DNA from: Myxococcota bacterium
Lineage (GTDB): Bacteria > Myxococcota > XYA12-FULL-58-9 > JABJBS01
DNA length: 27,916 bases
NCBI GenBank assembly: GCA_036339465.1
Contig: JAYZAY010000047.1
Location: 1 to 27,916, forward strand
Direction: 5' to 3'
A program made the translations under genes and the position numbers. Below, one piece after another: positions 1 through 9,512 of this stretch (positions within the stretch are counted from its first letter, which is position 1; every line of letters starts with the position of its first letter). Under the pieces are notes generated by a model. That model saw only the letters and a list, made by a program, of their open reading frames with translations. It made no database searches and was not told the DNA's origin.

Positions 1-64
1 CCATAACGCTGAGCGCCTTGACAAATCAAATAACAAAAATCCATGCTATAGAAGTAGGAGAATT

Positions 65-301
65 ATGCCCAATCGTACTCGAAACAATCACCCTCCTTCG
101 CAAGAAGGGCAACAGAGTCAGGCCTCCCCACCGGGCATACAAGCCGGTCCGTCTAAACCCAAGCTTCACCTTAAAATATACTTCATCCATCAGTATCCTC
201 CCTGTGGCCGTAACCAATATAGCTCCAAGGCAAACCCGTTCAGACGGGCACTTAGACGCCCCCGCCGCACCTCAGATTTACCTGGTTTTCCCCTCCACTG
301 A
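65..301 (+). CDS. possible small P/Q/R-rich hypothetical protein (78 aa)
   Basis: AGGAG at 56-60 before ATG 65 and TGcTATAGA extended -10-like element at 44-52. No recognisable motif; could be spurious. Confidence 0.25.
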   Translation: MPNRTRNNHPPSQEGQQSQASPPGIQAGPSKPKLHLKIYFIHQYPPCGRNQYSSKANPFRRALRRPRRTSDLPGFPLH

Positions 302-528
302 AACGAAGTTTCTACAACAAGTTGGATAATTCCTAGAAACGCCCCTATATTTACATTCAGGTACTGACCGAGTGGCCCTTGAGTTTCTCAGAAGCAAAAC
401 GCCGACGAGAAAAAACGCTTCAAAAGATCTCGGCAAGTAAATCGATTTCACAGAGAAAACTTTGAATTTTTCGGTGAAGAAGTTTAAAGAAGCGTCACAT
501 ACACTAATTTGGAACGGAAGAAGCTACA

Positions 529-1905
529 ATGCCAAGTTATAAAATTACCAAGGGGCTTGATCTCCCGATCACCGGAGATCCAGATCAATCCGTATTGGAC
601 AATAAAAGCGTAACCACCGTTGCTCTAACCGCCGCCGATTACATCGGCATGAAACCAAAGATGTTCGTAAAAGTAGGCGATCCAGTTAAACGTGGCCAGC
701 CTATTTTCGAGGATCGAAAAACCCCAGGGGTCATCTACACCGCTCCTGGCGCCGGCACCATCACCGGCGTGCATCGAGGGGCCAAACGTGCCCTTATCTC
801 GGTCACGGTTGAACTGAACGAGGCCGAAAGAAGCAACCAAGCCACCGAAGACGATTTCCACCGCTTTGAAAATTTCACCGGCGAAGAAGTCGAGAAGATG
901 AAAGGTGATGCCATTGCCAAACTTCTCATTGAATCAGGCACTTGGACAGCCTTCCGAACCCGACCTTTCAGCCGTATCCCAGAGCCCGGAACCAAGCCGG
1001 AAGCAATTTTCGTAACCGCCATGGACACCCACCCATTGAGCCCTTCGGTTGAAAAGAGCCTGGAGAATCGCAAAGATGCTTTCGTACGTGGCCTAAAAGC
1101 AATCTCCAAGTTAACCCAGGGAAAAACTTACCTCTGCACAGCCCCCAATGAGCAAATACCCTCCGAAGGAACCAATGTTCAAAAAGAGGATTTTTCTGGC
1201 AAGCACCCAGCGGGGACACCTGGCCTCCACATCCATACCCTTCGCCCTGTGGGTCGACAAAAAACCGTTTGGCACATCGGATATCAGGATGTGGTCAACA
1301 TCGGGCGTCTCTTTAAAGATGGGAAATTAGATGTCGAACGCATCATTTCCCTCGCAGGGCCTCCAGTCACTCGGCCTCGGCTACTAAGGACACGATTGGG
1401 CGCCTCCATAGACCAGCTTTGCCATCAAGAGAGCACCGCCCCAAGTATTCGGACCATTTCGGGCTCGGTGCTCGGCGGCAGAATCGCCACAGGGGATACA
1501 GCGGGATTTCTAGGCCGTTACCACAACCAAATCACTCTCATGGTGGAAGACCAAGGGCGCGAATTTATGGGCTGGCTGAAACCCGGCGGTGACCGATTTT
1601 CCGTGATACCCACGTTTGTCTCTGCCTTGATACCCGGTAAAAAGTTCAACTTCACCACCACCAGCAATGGTTCTCACCGCGGAATCGTTCCCATTGGCGC
1701 TTACGAAAAAGTCATGCCTATGGATATTCTCCCTACCTTTCTGCTCCGTTCCCTTTGTACCGGTGACCTTGAGCGAGCCGAAGAGTTAGGCTGTCTCGAA
1801 TTGGACGAAGAAGACTTGGCTCTATGCACATTCGTCTGCCCCGGCAAAAATGAATATGGCACAATGCTCCGAAACATACTCACCCAAATACAAAAGGAGG
1901 GATAA
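529..1905 (+). CDS. nqrA: Na+-translocating NADH:quinone reductase subunit A
   Basis: N-term [39 protein letters not shown]-term [22 protein letters not shown]. First gene of the canonical nqr order. Confidence 0.97.
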   Translation: MPSYKITKGLDLPITGDPDQSVLDNKSVTTVALTAADYIGMKPKMFVKVGDPVKRGQPIFEDRKTPGVIYTAPGAGTITGVHRGAKRALISVTVELNEAERSNQATEDDFHRFENFTGEEVEKMKGDAIAKLLIESGTWTAFRTRPFSRIPEPGTKPEAIFVTAMDTHPLSPSVEKSLENRKDAFVRGLKAISKLTQGKTYLCTAPNEQIPSEGTNVQKEDFSGKHPAGTPGLHIHTLRPVGRQKTVWHIGYQDVVNIGRLFKDGKLDVERIISLAGPPVTRPRLLRTRLGASIDQLCHQESTAPSIRTISGSVLGGRIATGDTAGFLGRYHNQITLMVEDQGREFMGWLKPGGDRFSVIPTFVSALIPGKKFNFTTTSNGSHRGIVPIGAYEKVMPMDILPTFLLRSLCTGDLERAEELGCLELDEEDLALCTFVCPGKNEYGTMLRNILTQIQKEG

Positions 1906-1910
1906 CCCCT

Positions 1911-3131
1911 ATGAAAGCGCTACGTGATGTACACGATAAAGTCGCCCCCCTCTTCGAAAAAGGCGGAAAATTCGAGAAATTGTACCCATTGTGGGAGGCC
2001 CACGATACCATTCTATTTACCCCTCCTGATGTCGCCAAAGGCAATGCCCACGCTCGAGATGGGTTGGACTTGAAGCGCATGATGATCACCGTGGTGATCG
2101 CGCTTCAGCCCTGCTTTCTGTGGGCAATGTACAACACGGGTTTTCAAGCCCACACTGCCATTGCCAATGGGGCTTTGCCCCTTGATAGTTTCAACACTCA
2201 GATTTACCAGATGCTGGGTTTGGGCTTCGACCCAAACAACATCCTCGCATGCTTTATCCACGGCGCCCTCTATTTCCTGCCGGTGTGGATTACAACGCTT
2301 GCCGCCGGGGGGCTCTGCGAAGTCCTTTTCGCGGTTATGCGAGGGCATGAAATCACCGAGGGTTTTCTCGTCTCAAGCGCTCTGATTCCCTTAACTTTGC
2401 CGGCAACCATCCCACTTTGGCAAGTGGTCATCGGCACCATTTTCGGAATCGTCATTGGGAAGGAAATTTTTGGTGGTGTGGGGATGAACTTCCTCAACCC
2501 CGCCCTGACAGTTCGGGCCTTTTTATTCTTCGCCTATCCCGCGCAAATATCCGGCGACAAATGCTGGATAGCTGCAAACCTAGACGGAGTCGACGGCGTT
2601 AGCGGCGCGACCTTCTTGGCAAAAGCAGCAACGGACGGAAATGCGGGGTTGGCCGATACGAGCTTCATGGATGCCTTCTTTGGATTCGTGCCTGGCTCCA
2701 TGGGTGAAACATCGGCTTTTGCCTGCCTGCTGGGAGCGGGACTCCTATTGATGACCAAAATTGGTTCTTGGAGAACCATGGCGGGGGTCACAATCGGTAC
2801 GGCAGTCACGGTGCTCATGTTCAACGCCATCGGCTCAGATACCAATCCCATGTTCGAAATTCCATTTCATTGGCACTTCGTTTTGGGTGGATGGGCATTC
2901 GGAATGGTGTTTATGGCCACTGACCCCGTGTCTTCCGCATTCACCGATACTGGAAAACTATGGTACGGTTTTTTCATCGGCGTCATGGTTGCTCTGGTTC
3001 GGGTGGTAAACCCCGCCTATCCCGAAGGCATGATGCTCGCCATTCTCTTCATGAACATGTTCGCTCCTTTCATCGACCACTTCTTTGTTCAAGCCAATAT
3101 CAAACGGAGGGCCCTGCGTTATGCAGCATAG
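1911..3131 (+). CDS. nqrB: Na+-NQR subunit B
   Basis: DLKRMMITV, KEIFGGVGMNFLNPAL, FMN-attachment motif DGVSGAT, FMATDPVS, PAYPEGMMLAILF. SD AAGGAGG upstream. Confidence 0.97.
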   Translation: MKALRDVHDKVAPLFEKGGKFEKLYPLWEAHDTILFTPPDVAKGNAHARDGLDLKRMMITVVIALQPCFLWAMYNTGFQAHTAIANGALPLDSFNTQIYQMLGLGFDPNNILACFIHGALYFLPVWITTLAAGGLCEVLFAVMRGHEITEGFLVSSALIPLTLPATIPLWQVVIGTIFGIVIGKEIFGGVGMNFLNPALTVRAFLFFAYPAQISGDKCWIAANLDGVDGVSGATFLAKAATDGNAGLADTSFMDAFFGFVPGSMGETSAFACLLGAGLLLMTKIGSWRTMAGVTIGTAVTVLMFNAIGSDTNPMFEIPFHWHFVLGGWAFGMVFMATDPVSSAFTDTGKLWYGFFIGVMVALVRVVNPAYPEGMMLAILFMNMFAPFIDHFFVQANIKRRALRYAA

Positions 3132-3897
3132 TACGGGATATACATTGTTATTCGCCGCTGGAGTCTGCCTCGTATGCTCCATCTTCGTTTCAGGTTCGGC
3201 GGTGGGATTAAAGGATAGGCAAGAGGCCAACGCGCTTCTCGATAAGCAGAAGAAGGTTCTTTCGGTCGCCGGTCTTATGAAGGCCGACGCCGACTGGCCC
3301 CCCGAACAGATAACTCAGACTTTTACAGACAAAATTGTCCCTAAAGTAGTCGAGCTCAAAACAGGAAGCTACGCGGCAGACATTGACCCTTTGAAGTATG
3401 ACCAGCAAAAAGCCATGCTGGATGAGGCCCTGAGCGAAGTCGCCCCCGACAACAGAGCGAAGGTACTGCGAGTCCCTAAATACGGTTTGGTCTACCAGTT
3501 TGTAGAAAGTGGAAAGATGGAAAAACTCATCCTTCCAGTAGAAGGAAAGGGACTTTGGTCTACGCTTTACGGCTATGTCGCTCTATCCGCCGACACTCAA
3601 ACCATCGACGGACTCACCTTTTACAAACACGGTGAAACACCTGGCTTGGGCGGCGAGGTAGACAACCCTAAATGGAAAGCGCTTTGGCAAGGCCGAAAGC
3701 CATTCGATTCGAATTTCGAGCCTGTGATTGAGGTCATTAAAGGACAAGCAGGCCCGGTGTCTGCCGCCCCGAGTAAAATCGATGGCCTTTCCGGTGCGAC
3801 CATCACCGGCAATGGTGTGACCCATTTGATGCGGTTTTGGTTAGGTGAGCACGGTTTCGGCGAGTATCTGGCTCGCGTCCGCCAAGGAGGTGCGTAA
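3121..3897 (+). CDS. nqrC: Na+-NQR subunit C
   Basis: N-terminal TM helix, [21 protein letters not shown] motif DGLSGATIT. Start placed at ATG 3121 (11-nt overlap with nqrB) rather than the ORF-track start 3085. Confidence 0.95.
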   Translation: MQHSTGYTLLFAAGVCLVCSIFVSGSAVGLKDRQEANALLDKQKKVLSVAGLMKADADWPPEQITQTFTDKIVPKVVELKTGSYAADIDPLKYDQQKAMLDEALSEVAPDNRAKVLRVPKYGLVYQFVESGKMEKLILPVEGKGLWSTLYGYVALSADTQTIDGLTFYKHGETPGLGGEVDNPKWKALWQGRKPFDSNFEPVIEVIKGQAGPVSAAPSKIDGLSGATITGNGVTHLMRFWLGEHGFGEYLARVRQGGA

Positions 3898-4523
3898 TGA
3901 GTAGCAAGGCTCAACGAGAAGCTCTGATAGATCCTCTTTTCAACAATAACCCCATTGCCCTTCAGGTTCTGGGAATTTGTTCGGCTTTAGCGGTAACCAC
4001 CAAAATGGAAACCGCCCTGGTTATGAGTATCGCACTGACTTTGGTCTGCGGGCTCTCCAATCTCTCAGTTAGCGTCATCCGAGACTACATCCCCAGCCAC
4101 ATCCGAATCATCGTCCAGCTGACAATCATTGCTTCCTTGGTGATCGTCACGGATCAAATATTGAAAGCATTCGTCTACGAAATTAGCAAACAGCTTTCGG
4201 TCTTTGTTGGACTCATCATCACCAACTGTATTGTGATGGGACGGGCTGAAGCATATGCGATGCAAAACGGCCCTCGTCTAAGCTTCCTCGACGGCATTGG
4301 AAACGGCCTAGGTTACAGTGTGGTGCTCATGGCCGTGGCTGTGGTGAGAGAAGTTTTTGGTTCTGGCAGTTTCTTCGGCGTTCAGGTTTTGAGCCTGGCA
4401 AACGAGGGTGGCTGGTATGTGCCCAACGGCTTGATGGTACTCGCACCCGCAGCATTCTTTTTAATTGGTATTTTCATCTGGATAATCCGAGCATGGAAAC
4501 CAGAACAAATCGAGGAGGATTGA
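3897..4523 (+). CDS. nqrD: Na+-NQR subunit D
   Basis: [41 protein letters not shown] coupling to nqrC with SD AGGAGG. Confidence 0.97.
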   Translation: MSSKAQREALIDPLFNNNPIALQVLGICSALAVTTKMETALVMSIALTLVCGLSNLSVSVIRDYIPSHIRIIVQLTIIASLVIVTDQILKAFVYEISKQLSVFVGLIITNCIVMGRAEAYAMQNGPRLSFLDGIGNGLGYSVVLMAVAVVREVFGSGSFFGVQVLSLANEGGWYVPNGLMVLAPAAFFLIGIFIWIIRAWKPEQIEED

Positions 4524-4527
4524 GAAC

Positions 4528-5148
4528 ATGACATTAGAGCAAGGTCTCAGCCTATTTGTTAAAGCCGTTTTCGTGGAAAACATGGCCCTCGCATTCTTTC
4601 TGGGAATGTGCACTTTTCTGGCCTGTTCCAAAAAAGTAGACACCGCCATCGGACTCGGTGCCGCGGTTATCTTCGTTCTGGGCGTGACCACGCCCCTCAA
4701 CAACATTTTATATGTCTATGTATTGAAACCAGGGGCCCTCGTTTGGGCAGGAGAAGGTTTCAAGGATACAGACCTATCCTTCCTCTGGTTTTTAACCGCC
4801 ATCGGAACCATTGCCGCTGCGGTTCAAATTGTGGAAATGGCCTTAGACAAATACCTGCCGGCACTCCATGCCAGCCTGGGGATTTTCCTTCCTTTGATAG
4901 CGGTAAACTGCGCTATTCTAGGAACGTCGCTCTTCATGGCAGAGCGAAGCTATAATCTCGTAGAAAGTACTGTATTTGGTCTCGGAAGCGGTCTTGGTTG
5001 GGCCCTCGCGGTCGTCGCCTTAGCGGCTATCCGAGAGAAAATGCGCTACAGTGATGTTCCCCCTCCCCTGAGGGGATTGGGTATCACTTTTATGACAACC
5101 GGTTTGATGGCCATTGGTTTCATGGCCTTCTCAGGCATTCAACTCTAA
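4528..5148 (+). CDS. nqrE: Na+-NQR subunit E
   Basis: [42 protein letters not shown]-term FSGIQL. Confidence 0.97.
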   Translation: MTLEQGLSLFVKAVFVENMALAFFLGMCTFLACSKKVDTAIGLGAAVIFVLGVTTPLNNILYVYVLKPGALVWAGEGFKDTDLSFLWFLTAIGTIAAAVQIVEMALDKYLPALHASLGIFLPLIAVNCAILGTSLFMAERSYNLVESTVFGLGSGLGWALAVVALAAIREKMRYSDVPPPLRGLGITFMTTGLMAIGFMAFSGIQL

Positions 5149-5168
5149 AGCGAAAAGGATAAAGCACG

Positions 5169-6440
5169 ATGTCAGTTATTATCTCCGGAGTTATCGCCTT
5201 CACCGCGGTCATTATCGCCCTCGTGTTGGTGCTCCTATCGGCCAAATCAAAACTCGTCAGCTCCGAAAGTGTCACCATTGGAATAAACGGCAATCCCAAA
5301 TATGCCCTAAAAACCAATGCCGGCTCTACTCTCCTAGATACCCTTTCCAACAACAAACTTTTCATTCCGTCCGCTTGCGGTGGAAAGGGAAGTTGCGGCG
5401 TTTGTACCGTGCATGTGAAAGAAGGAGGGGGAGCGATTCTCCCCACTGAAAAGGCTCATATTTCCCGTGGTGAACAGCGGGAGGGTTGTCGTTTGGCCTG
5501 CCAGGTCAAAGTGAAGAACGACATGGAAATTGAACTCGAAGAAGAAGTTTTCAGTATCCAGAAATGGACCTGCAAGGTCCGCTCCAACCAAAATGTCGCA
5601 ACTTTTATCAAAGAGCTCGTCCTCGAGCTTCCGGAAGGCGAGGATGTCCCTTTCAGAGCCGGAGGCTACATTCAAATCGAAGCCCCTCCCCATGTCGCGG
5701 CATATAAGGACTTCCATATTGAGGAGGAGTACCGAAGTGATTGGGACCAATTTAACATGTGGCGCTACGTCTCCAAAGTCGACGATGAGACAATCCGTGC
5801 CTATTCCATGGCCAATTACCCAGAAGAACGTGGCATCATTATGCTTAACATTCGAATCGCTTCACCCCACCCCCGGGCTCCCGAAGGCACACCGCCTGGT
5901 AAGATGTCTTCTTTCACCTTTAACCTAAAACCGGGTGACGAGGTCGTGATTTCTGGGCCATATGGCGAATTCTTTGCCACCGAAAATAAGACCGAAATGG
6001 TTTTTATTGGGGGCGGTGCAGGAATGGCACCCATGCGTTCCCACATTTTCGACCAATTTAAACGAATCCACACGGACCGTAAGGTTAGCTTTTGGTACGG
6101 CGCCAGGTCCTTTCGAGAGGCATTCTACATCGAAGATTTCGAAGGGATTATGAGCGAAAACGATAACTTTGAATGGCACCTGGCGCTCTCAGATCCCATC
6201 GAGTCAGAAAAATGGGATGACCCAAGTTCAGAAACTCGGAAACCACAGGGTGCCAAACACGGTTATAAAGGCTTTATCCACCAAGTCCTCATGGACAACT
6301 ATCTTAAGGACCACGAAGCCCCTGAAGATTGTGAATACTACCTTTGTGGACCACCGATGATGAACCAAGCCGTTCTCCAAATGCTAGACGATCTGGGTGT
6401 CGAAAAAGACAATATCTTTCTGGACGACTTCGGCGGCTGA
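5169..6440 (+). CDS. nqrF: Na+-NQR subunit F (2Fe-2S, FAD, NADH-binding)
   Basis: [12 protein letters not shown]...RLACQ 2Fe-2S motif, [28 protein letters not shown]-term DDFGG. Confidence 0.97.
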   Translation: MSVIISGVIAFTAVIIALVLVLLSAKSKLVSSESVTIGINGNPKYALKTNAGSTLLDTLSNNKLFIPSACGGKGSCGVCTVHVKEGGGAILPTEKAHISRGEQREGCRLACQVKVKNDMEIELEEEVFSIQKWTCKVRSNQNVATFIKELVLELPEGEDVPFRAGGYIQIEAPPHVAAYKDFHIEEEYRSDWDQFNMWRYVSKVDDETIRAYSMANYPEERGIIMLNIRIASPHPRAPEGTPPGKMSSFTFNLKPGDEVVISGPYGEFFATENKTEMVFIGGGAGMAPMRSHIFDQFKRIHTDRKVSFWYGARSFREAFYIEDFEGIMSENDNFEWHLALSDPIESEKWDDPSSETRKPQGAKHGYKGFIHQVLMDNYLKDHEAPEDCEYYLCGPPMMNQAVLQMLDDLGVEKDNIFLDDFGG

Positions 6441-6496
6441 TCCCAAAAGCTTTACCTTTTCCCTGTATTATGAGTCATTCATTTCCCGAAAAGAAA

Positions 6497-7546
6497 ATGC
6501 CGCGTGCGCTCCCAATCTTCCTGGTGGCGTTCGTCGCATTTTCACTCTACCGAATTTATCCCGGATCCCCCGGAGCCCCCCTTATCCCCCATAAATTCAG
6601 TGGGCCCACCATGGGCACCACTTACAATATCACCGTGGCAGAAGGCCATTTAACCAGCGCCCATAAAACGCGCATTAAGAAATCCATTGTCGAGGCCATG
6701 GACAAAGTAGATAACCTCATGTCTACCTACAAAAAAGATTCTGAGATCTCACGCTTCAATCAGTGGGCAGAAACAACACCCTTTAAAATATCCCCGCTCA
6801 CCGCCGAAGTCATCGGATTATCCCTGGATATCAGTGCAAAATCAGAAGGCGTTTTTGATATCACCGTGGGCCCACTGGTCAATGCATGGGGATTCGGACC
6901 CAACATGGTCAAGACCCAACCAAACCAAGAACAACTCGCTGAACTCACTAAATTCGTGGGCTGGCAGCATCTCAAGCTGGATCAAAAAGAAAATATCCTC
7001 ACCAAACCCGACCCACGAATAATGATCGATCTCTCAGCCATCGCCAAAGGCTATGCGGTGGACCAAGTTTCTATGGCTCTCAGTTCGCTCGGATACCAAA
7101 ACCACATGGTCGAAATCGGGGGTGAAATAAAAACCAGCGGTTTGAATGTAGAGCACAAACCCTGGAATATCGGCATCGAAAAACCGGACCCCGACCACCG
7201 AATCGTTCATGATGTCCTAGCCCTTTCAGGACACGCCATGGCAACTTCCGGCGACTACCGAAATTTCCACCGTCTAGACGGCCAAAAAGTATCCCACACC
7301 ATCGATCCACGCACTCTGCACCCCATTGCGCATCCTCTAACTTCGGTGACCGTCATCAACCAACATTGTGGGGTGGCCGACGGTTGGGCCACCGCGCTTA
7401 ATGTTTTGGGGCCAGACGCGGGTTACGCCCTCGCTACGAAGCTAAAGATCGCGGCTCGTTTCATAAGCATAGGCCCCAACAACAACATCCTTGAAAAATC
7501 CACAGAGGAATATCAGAAGTTCCGTGATATCCTTAAAGAAGAGTAG
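6497..7546 (+). CDS. apbE: FAD:protein FMN transferase ApbE
   Basis: GPTMGTTY, DSEISRFN, FDITVGPLVNAWGFG, DLSAIAKGYAVD, ATSGDYRN, SHTIDP, ADGWATAL. Start is ATG 6497 or 6470; the ORF-track start 6344 lies inside nqrF. Confidence 0.93.
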   Translation: MPRALPIFLVAFVAFSLYRIYPGSPGAPLIPHKFSGPTMGTTYNITVAEGHLTSAHKTRIKKSIVEAMDKVDNLMSTYKKDSEISRFNQWAETTPFKISPLTAEVIGLSLDISAKSEGVFDITVGPLVNAWGFGPNMVKTQPNQEQLAELTKFVGWQHLKLDQKENILTKPDPRIMIDLSAIAKGYAVDQVSMALSSLGYQNHMVEIGGEIKTSGLNVEHKPWNIGIEKPDPDHRIVHDVLALSGHAMATSGDYRNFHRLDGQKVSHTIDPRTLHPIAHPLTSVTVINQHCGVADGWATALNVLGPDAGYALATKLKIAARFISIGPNNNILEKSTEEYQKFRDILKEE

Positions 7547-7554
7547 GAGAAAAA

Positions 7555-7752
7555 ATGTCCACAGTCATCACCTCGTGCCTGGCAATGGCCGGATTAATGG
7601 CCCTCATGGCGGTTGGCGTTATCTTTCAAGGTAAACGCCTCAAGGGCTCCTGTGGCGGGGTCGGAACCGACCCAAGTAATTGCTTCTGTCTAAAAACCGG
7701 TAAAGTCTGCAGTAAAAAGGGAGTGGCCGCAACCGACGGGGCCACCAGCTAA
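7555..7752 (+). CDS. nqrM: Na+-NQR maturation factor NqrM (DUF539-type)
   Basis: One TM helix followed by LKGSCGG and further Cys residues. Follows apbE; SD AGGAG. Confidence 0.88.
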   Translation: MSTVITSCLAMAGLMALMAVGVIFQGKRLKGSCGGVGTDPSNCFCLKTGKVCSKKGVAATDGATS

Positions 7753-7760
7753 CCACAAAT

Positions 7761-8735
7761 CTACTCCCCTTGCCCTTCCTTCGCTGTCGCTGCGTCGGTC
7801 TGAGATGAATCGGTCGCCACCTCGAGTCTTAATTCATCAAGTTTCCGCGCTACAGGAAGTGCCTTCATGGGTACAGCCCCCACCTTGGCGCCTCGGAGAG
7901 GATCAAGGGCCACACCAGCCGAAAGATCATAGTTTTCAATCCGCCGAATGCCGGGAAGCAGAGGTGGTGGATTGGAGGAATGGATGAAATCAAACCAAAC
8001 GCAGAGGGCATTTCCAAAAGCACGCTGATGAAAATTCACATTGCCTGGTTCATTATCAAAAGCTGCAATCACCTTACCGGAATGACGTAAATACTGATTG
8101 ATTCTCTGCTTAAACATCGCTCTCGGCGTTTTGATCGTAGGCCGCAAAATGACCTCTGTTCCCTGAATGCCTATGGGAAAACCATATTTCTTGAGCTGAA
8201 CAATGGTCCCCACCAACTGGCGCTCGGTATCTCTTCCGGAGAGATAAACAATTCGAGCTCCTGCAGTATAAAGTTGACGAACAAACTCCACCGCGCCCGA
8301 CACCGGCTCATCGTATTCCAGATACTTGTCGGTGAAAAAACGCTCGGCCCAAAAAATACTGGCATTGTTGATAATCGCTGAGTCATTGATCCCAATACTC
8401 TCGAGCGTATCTTTAACGCGATATTCTATTTGCTCAAGTTTCAAGCCACCAATGGCTTTCGCCTCTTGGGGACGTACATGCTTCAACTCTTGAACACTGT
8501 ATTCCCTCAGAATTTTCGAAATTCGCGGGCGGTTATCAAAGAGCGTGCCCTCAAGATCAAAAATCACCATGGGTCGTTCTTGTCGCCGATAAGCTTGCCT
8601 AACTTTCAATAGGATCTCATTCAAGATATTCGGCTCAACCGCCGAAATCCCTGGGGCCTCAGTCTCTTGGGCTCCGGCCAATTGGGAACTAAAAAACATT
8701 ACGAAACCAAAGAAAAAACTAATTTTTCGCATCAT
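7761..8735 (-). CDS. secreted HAD-superfamily hydrolase/phosphatase-like protein
   Basis: Signal peptide MRKISFFFGFVMFFSSQLAGA. HAD-like motifs IFDLEGTLFD (I), YLSGR (II), conserved Lys in MFKQ (III), AAFDNE (IV). SD GAGG. Confidence 0.75.
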   Translation of the reverse strand: MMRKISFFFGFVMFFSSQLAGAQETEAPGISAVEPNILNEILLKVRQAYRRQERPMVIFDLEGTLFDNRPRISKILREYSVQELKHVRPQEAKAIGGLKLEQIEYRVKDTLESIGINDSAIINNASIFWAERFFTDKYLEYDEPVSGAVEFVRQLYTAGARIVYLSGRDTERQLVGTIVQLKKYGFPIGIQGTEVILRPTIKTPRAMFKQRINQYLRHSGKVIAAFDNEPGNVNFHQRAFGNALCVWFDFIHSSNPPPLLPGIRRIENYDLSAGVALDPLRGAKVGAVPMKALPVARKLDELRLEVATDSSQTDAATAKEGQGE

Positions 8736-8803
8736 TGCGCCTCATTCAAGTCAATTATCGAATTCCCCTAGCATTTTCTCCCGAAGAAAGCGATCCCTGG
8801 ATG

Positions 8804-8832
8804 TTGCCACCCAGGCCTTATCTCGCTAGGTT
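8804..8832 (+). promoter_or_regulatory. sigma70-type promoter for the cupin gene (probably leaderless)
   Basis: TTGCCA (8804-8809), 17 bp spacer, TAGGTT (8827-8832), 6 nt, ATG 8839. Confidence 0.55.
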
Positions 8833-8838
8833 GCTGGG

Positions 8839-9309
8839 ATGTCTTACACGAAGGCCCACTACGATTTCGACCAGGCTGACAACGCCACCCAAATTGCCAC
8901 CCTCCTGGGATTGACGAACCTAGGTCTCTCTATATTTCAATTGGCCCAGGGCGAAGGTTTTGACTTCTTTCATAGTCACCGGGAGCAAGAGGAAGTTTAC
9001 CTCTGTCTTGAGGGCCAAGCCGACCTAAAAATAATGAATGATTCAGATATGATAGACCACCTTTTTTTGAAAAAAGGGGATATCGTTCGAGTCTCTCCAA
9101 AAACATTGCGAGCCGTGGGCAACCATTCTGAAACACGTTGCACGCTTCTGGTGGCCGGGGCTTGCCCCCACACTTATCCAACTGGCTACGGGCATCACGA
9201 TGTGATCAACGATGTATTTTCCGTGGTGCGAAAACCCAGTACTGGATTCACCCTCCCGACAATGCTCGAAAAATCCGACCCCACCGACACCACCGAAGAC
9301 GATTGCTAG
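8839..9309 (+). CDS. cupin-domain protein
   Basis: Cupin motif 1 HSHREQEEVYLCLEG and motif 2 KGDIVRVSPKTLRAVGN. Confidence 0.82.
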   Translation: MSYTKAHYDFDQADNATQIATLLGLTNLGLSIFQLAQGEGFDFFHSHREQEEVYLCLEGQADLKIMNDSDMIDHLFLKKGDIVRVSPKTLRAVGNHSETRCTLLVAGACPHTYPTGYGHHDVINDVFSVVRKPSTGFTLPTMLEKSDPTDTTEDDC

Positions 9310-9512
9310 CTATTTCTCAAGGCGATCCTTGAATCAACCCCGTATCCCGCTTTAGATAACCGTATGCAGCCCGCAGTATATCCAGTGCCTTTCATGAAAA
9401 GGCCCTACGATATCCGCGCTGAATACAGAAAAGTGGACAGAGCGTACCTTGCATGAAGACATTCTTTATCAAGAAACTCTCATAACACGTCACGACGAAT
9501 TGGGGCACCACC

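Noticed and set aside
1..10. CCATAACGCT has its reverse complement at 27793-27802 (terminal inverted repeat?)
   Set aside because: Only 10 bp, plausible by chance; encloses housekeeping genes and no transposase or integrase.
18..52. TTGACA at 18-23 as the -35 for TATAGA at 47-52, and ORF 18-329
   Set aside because: The 23-bp spacer is too long; the ORF has a TTG start with no SD or recognisable motif.
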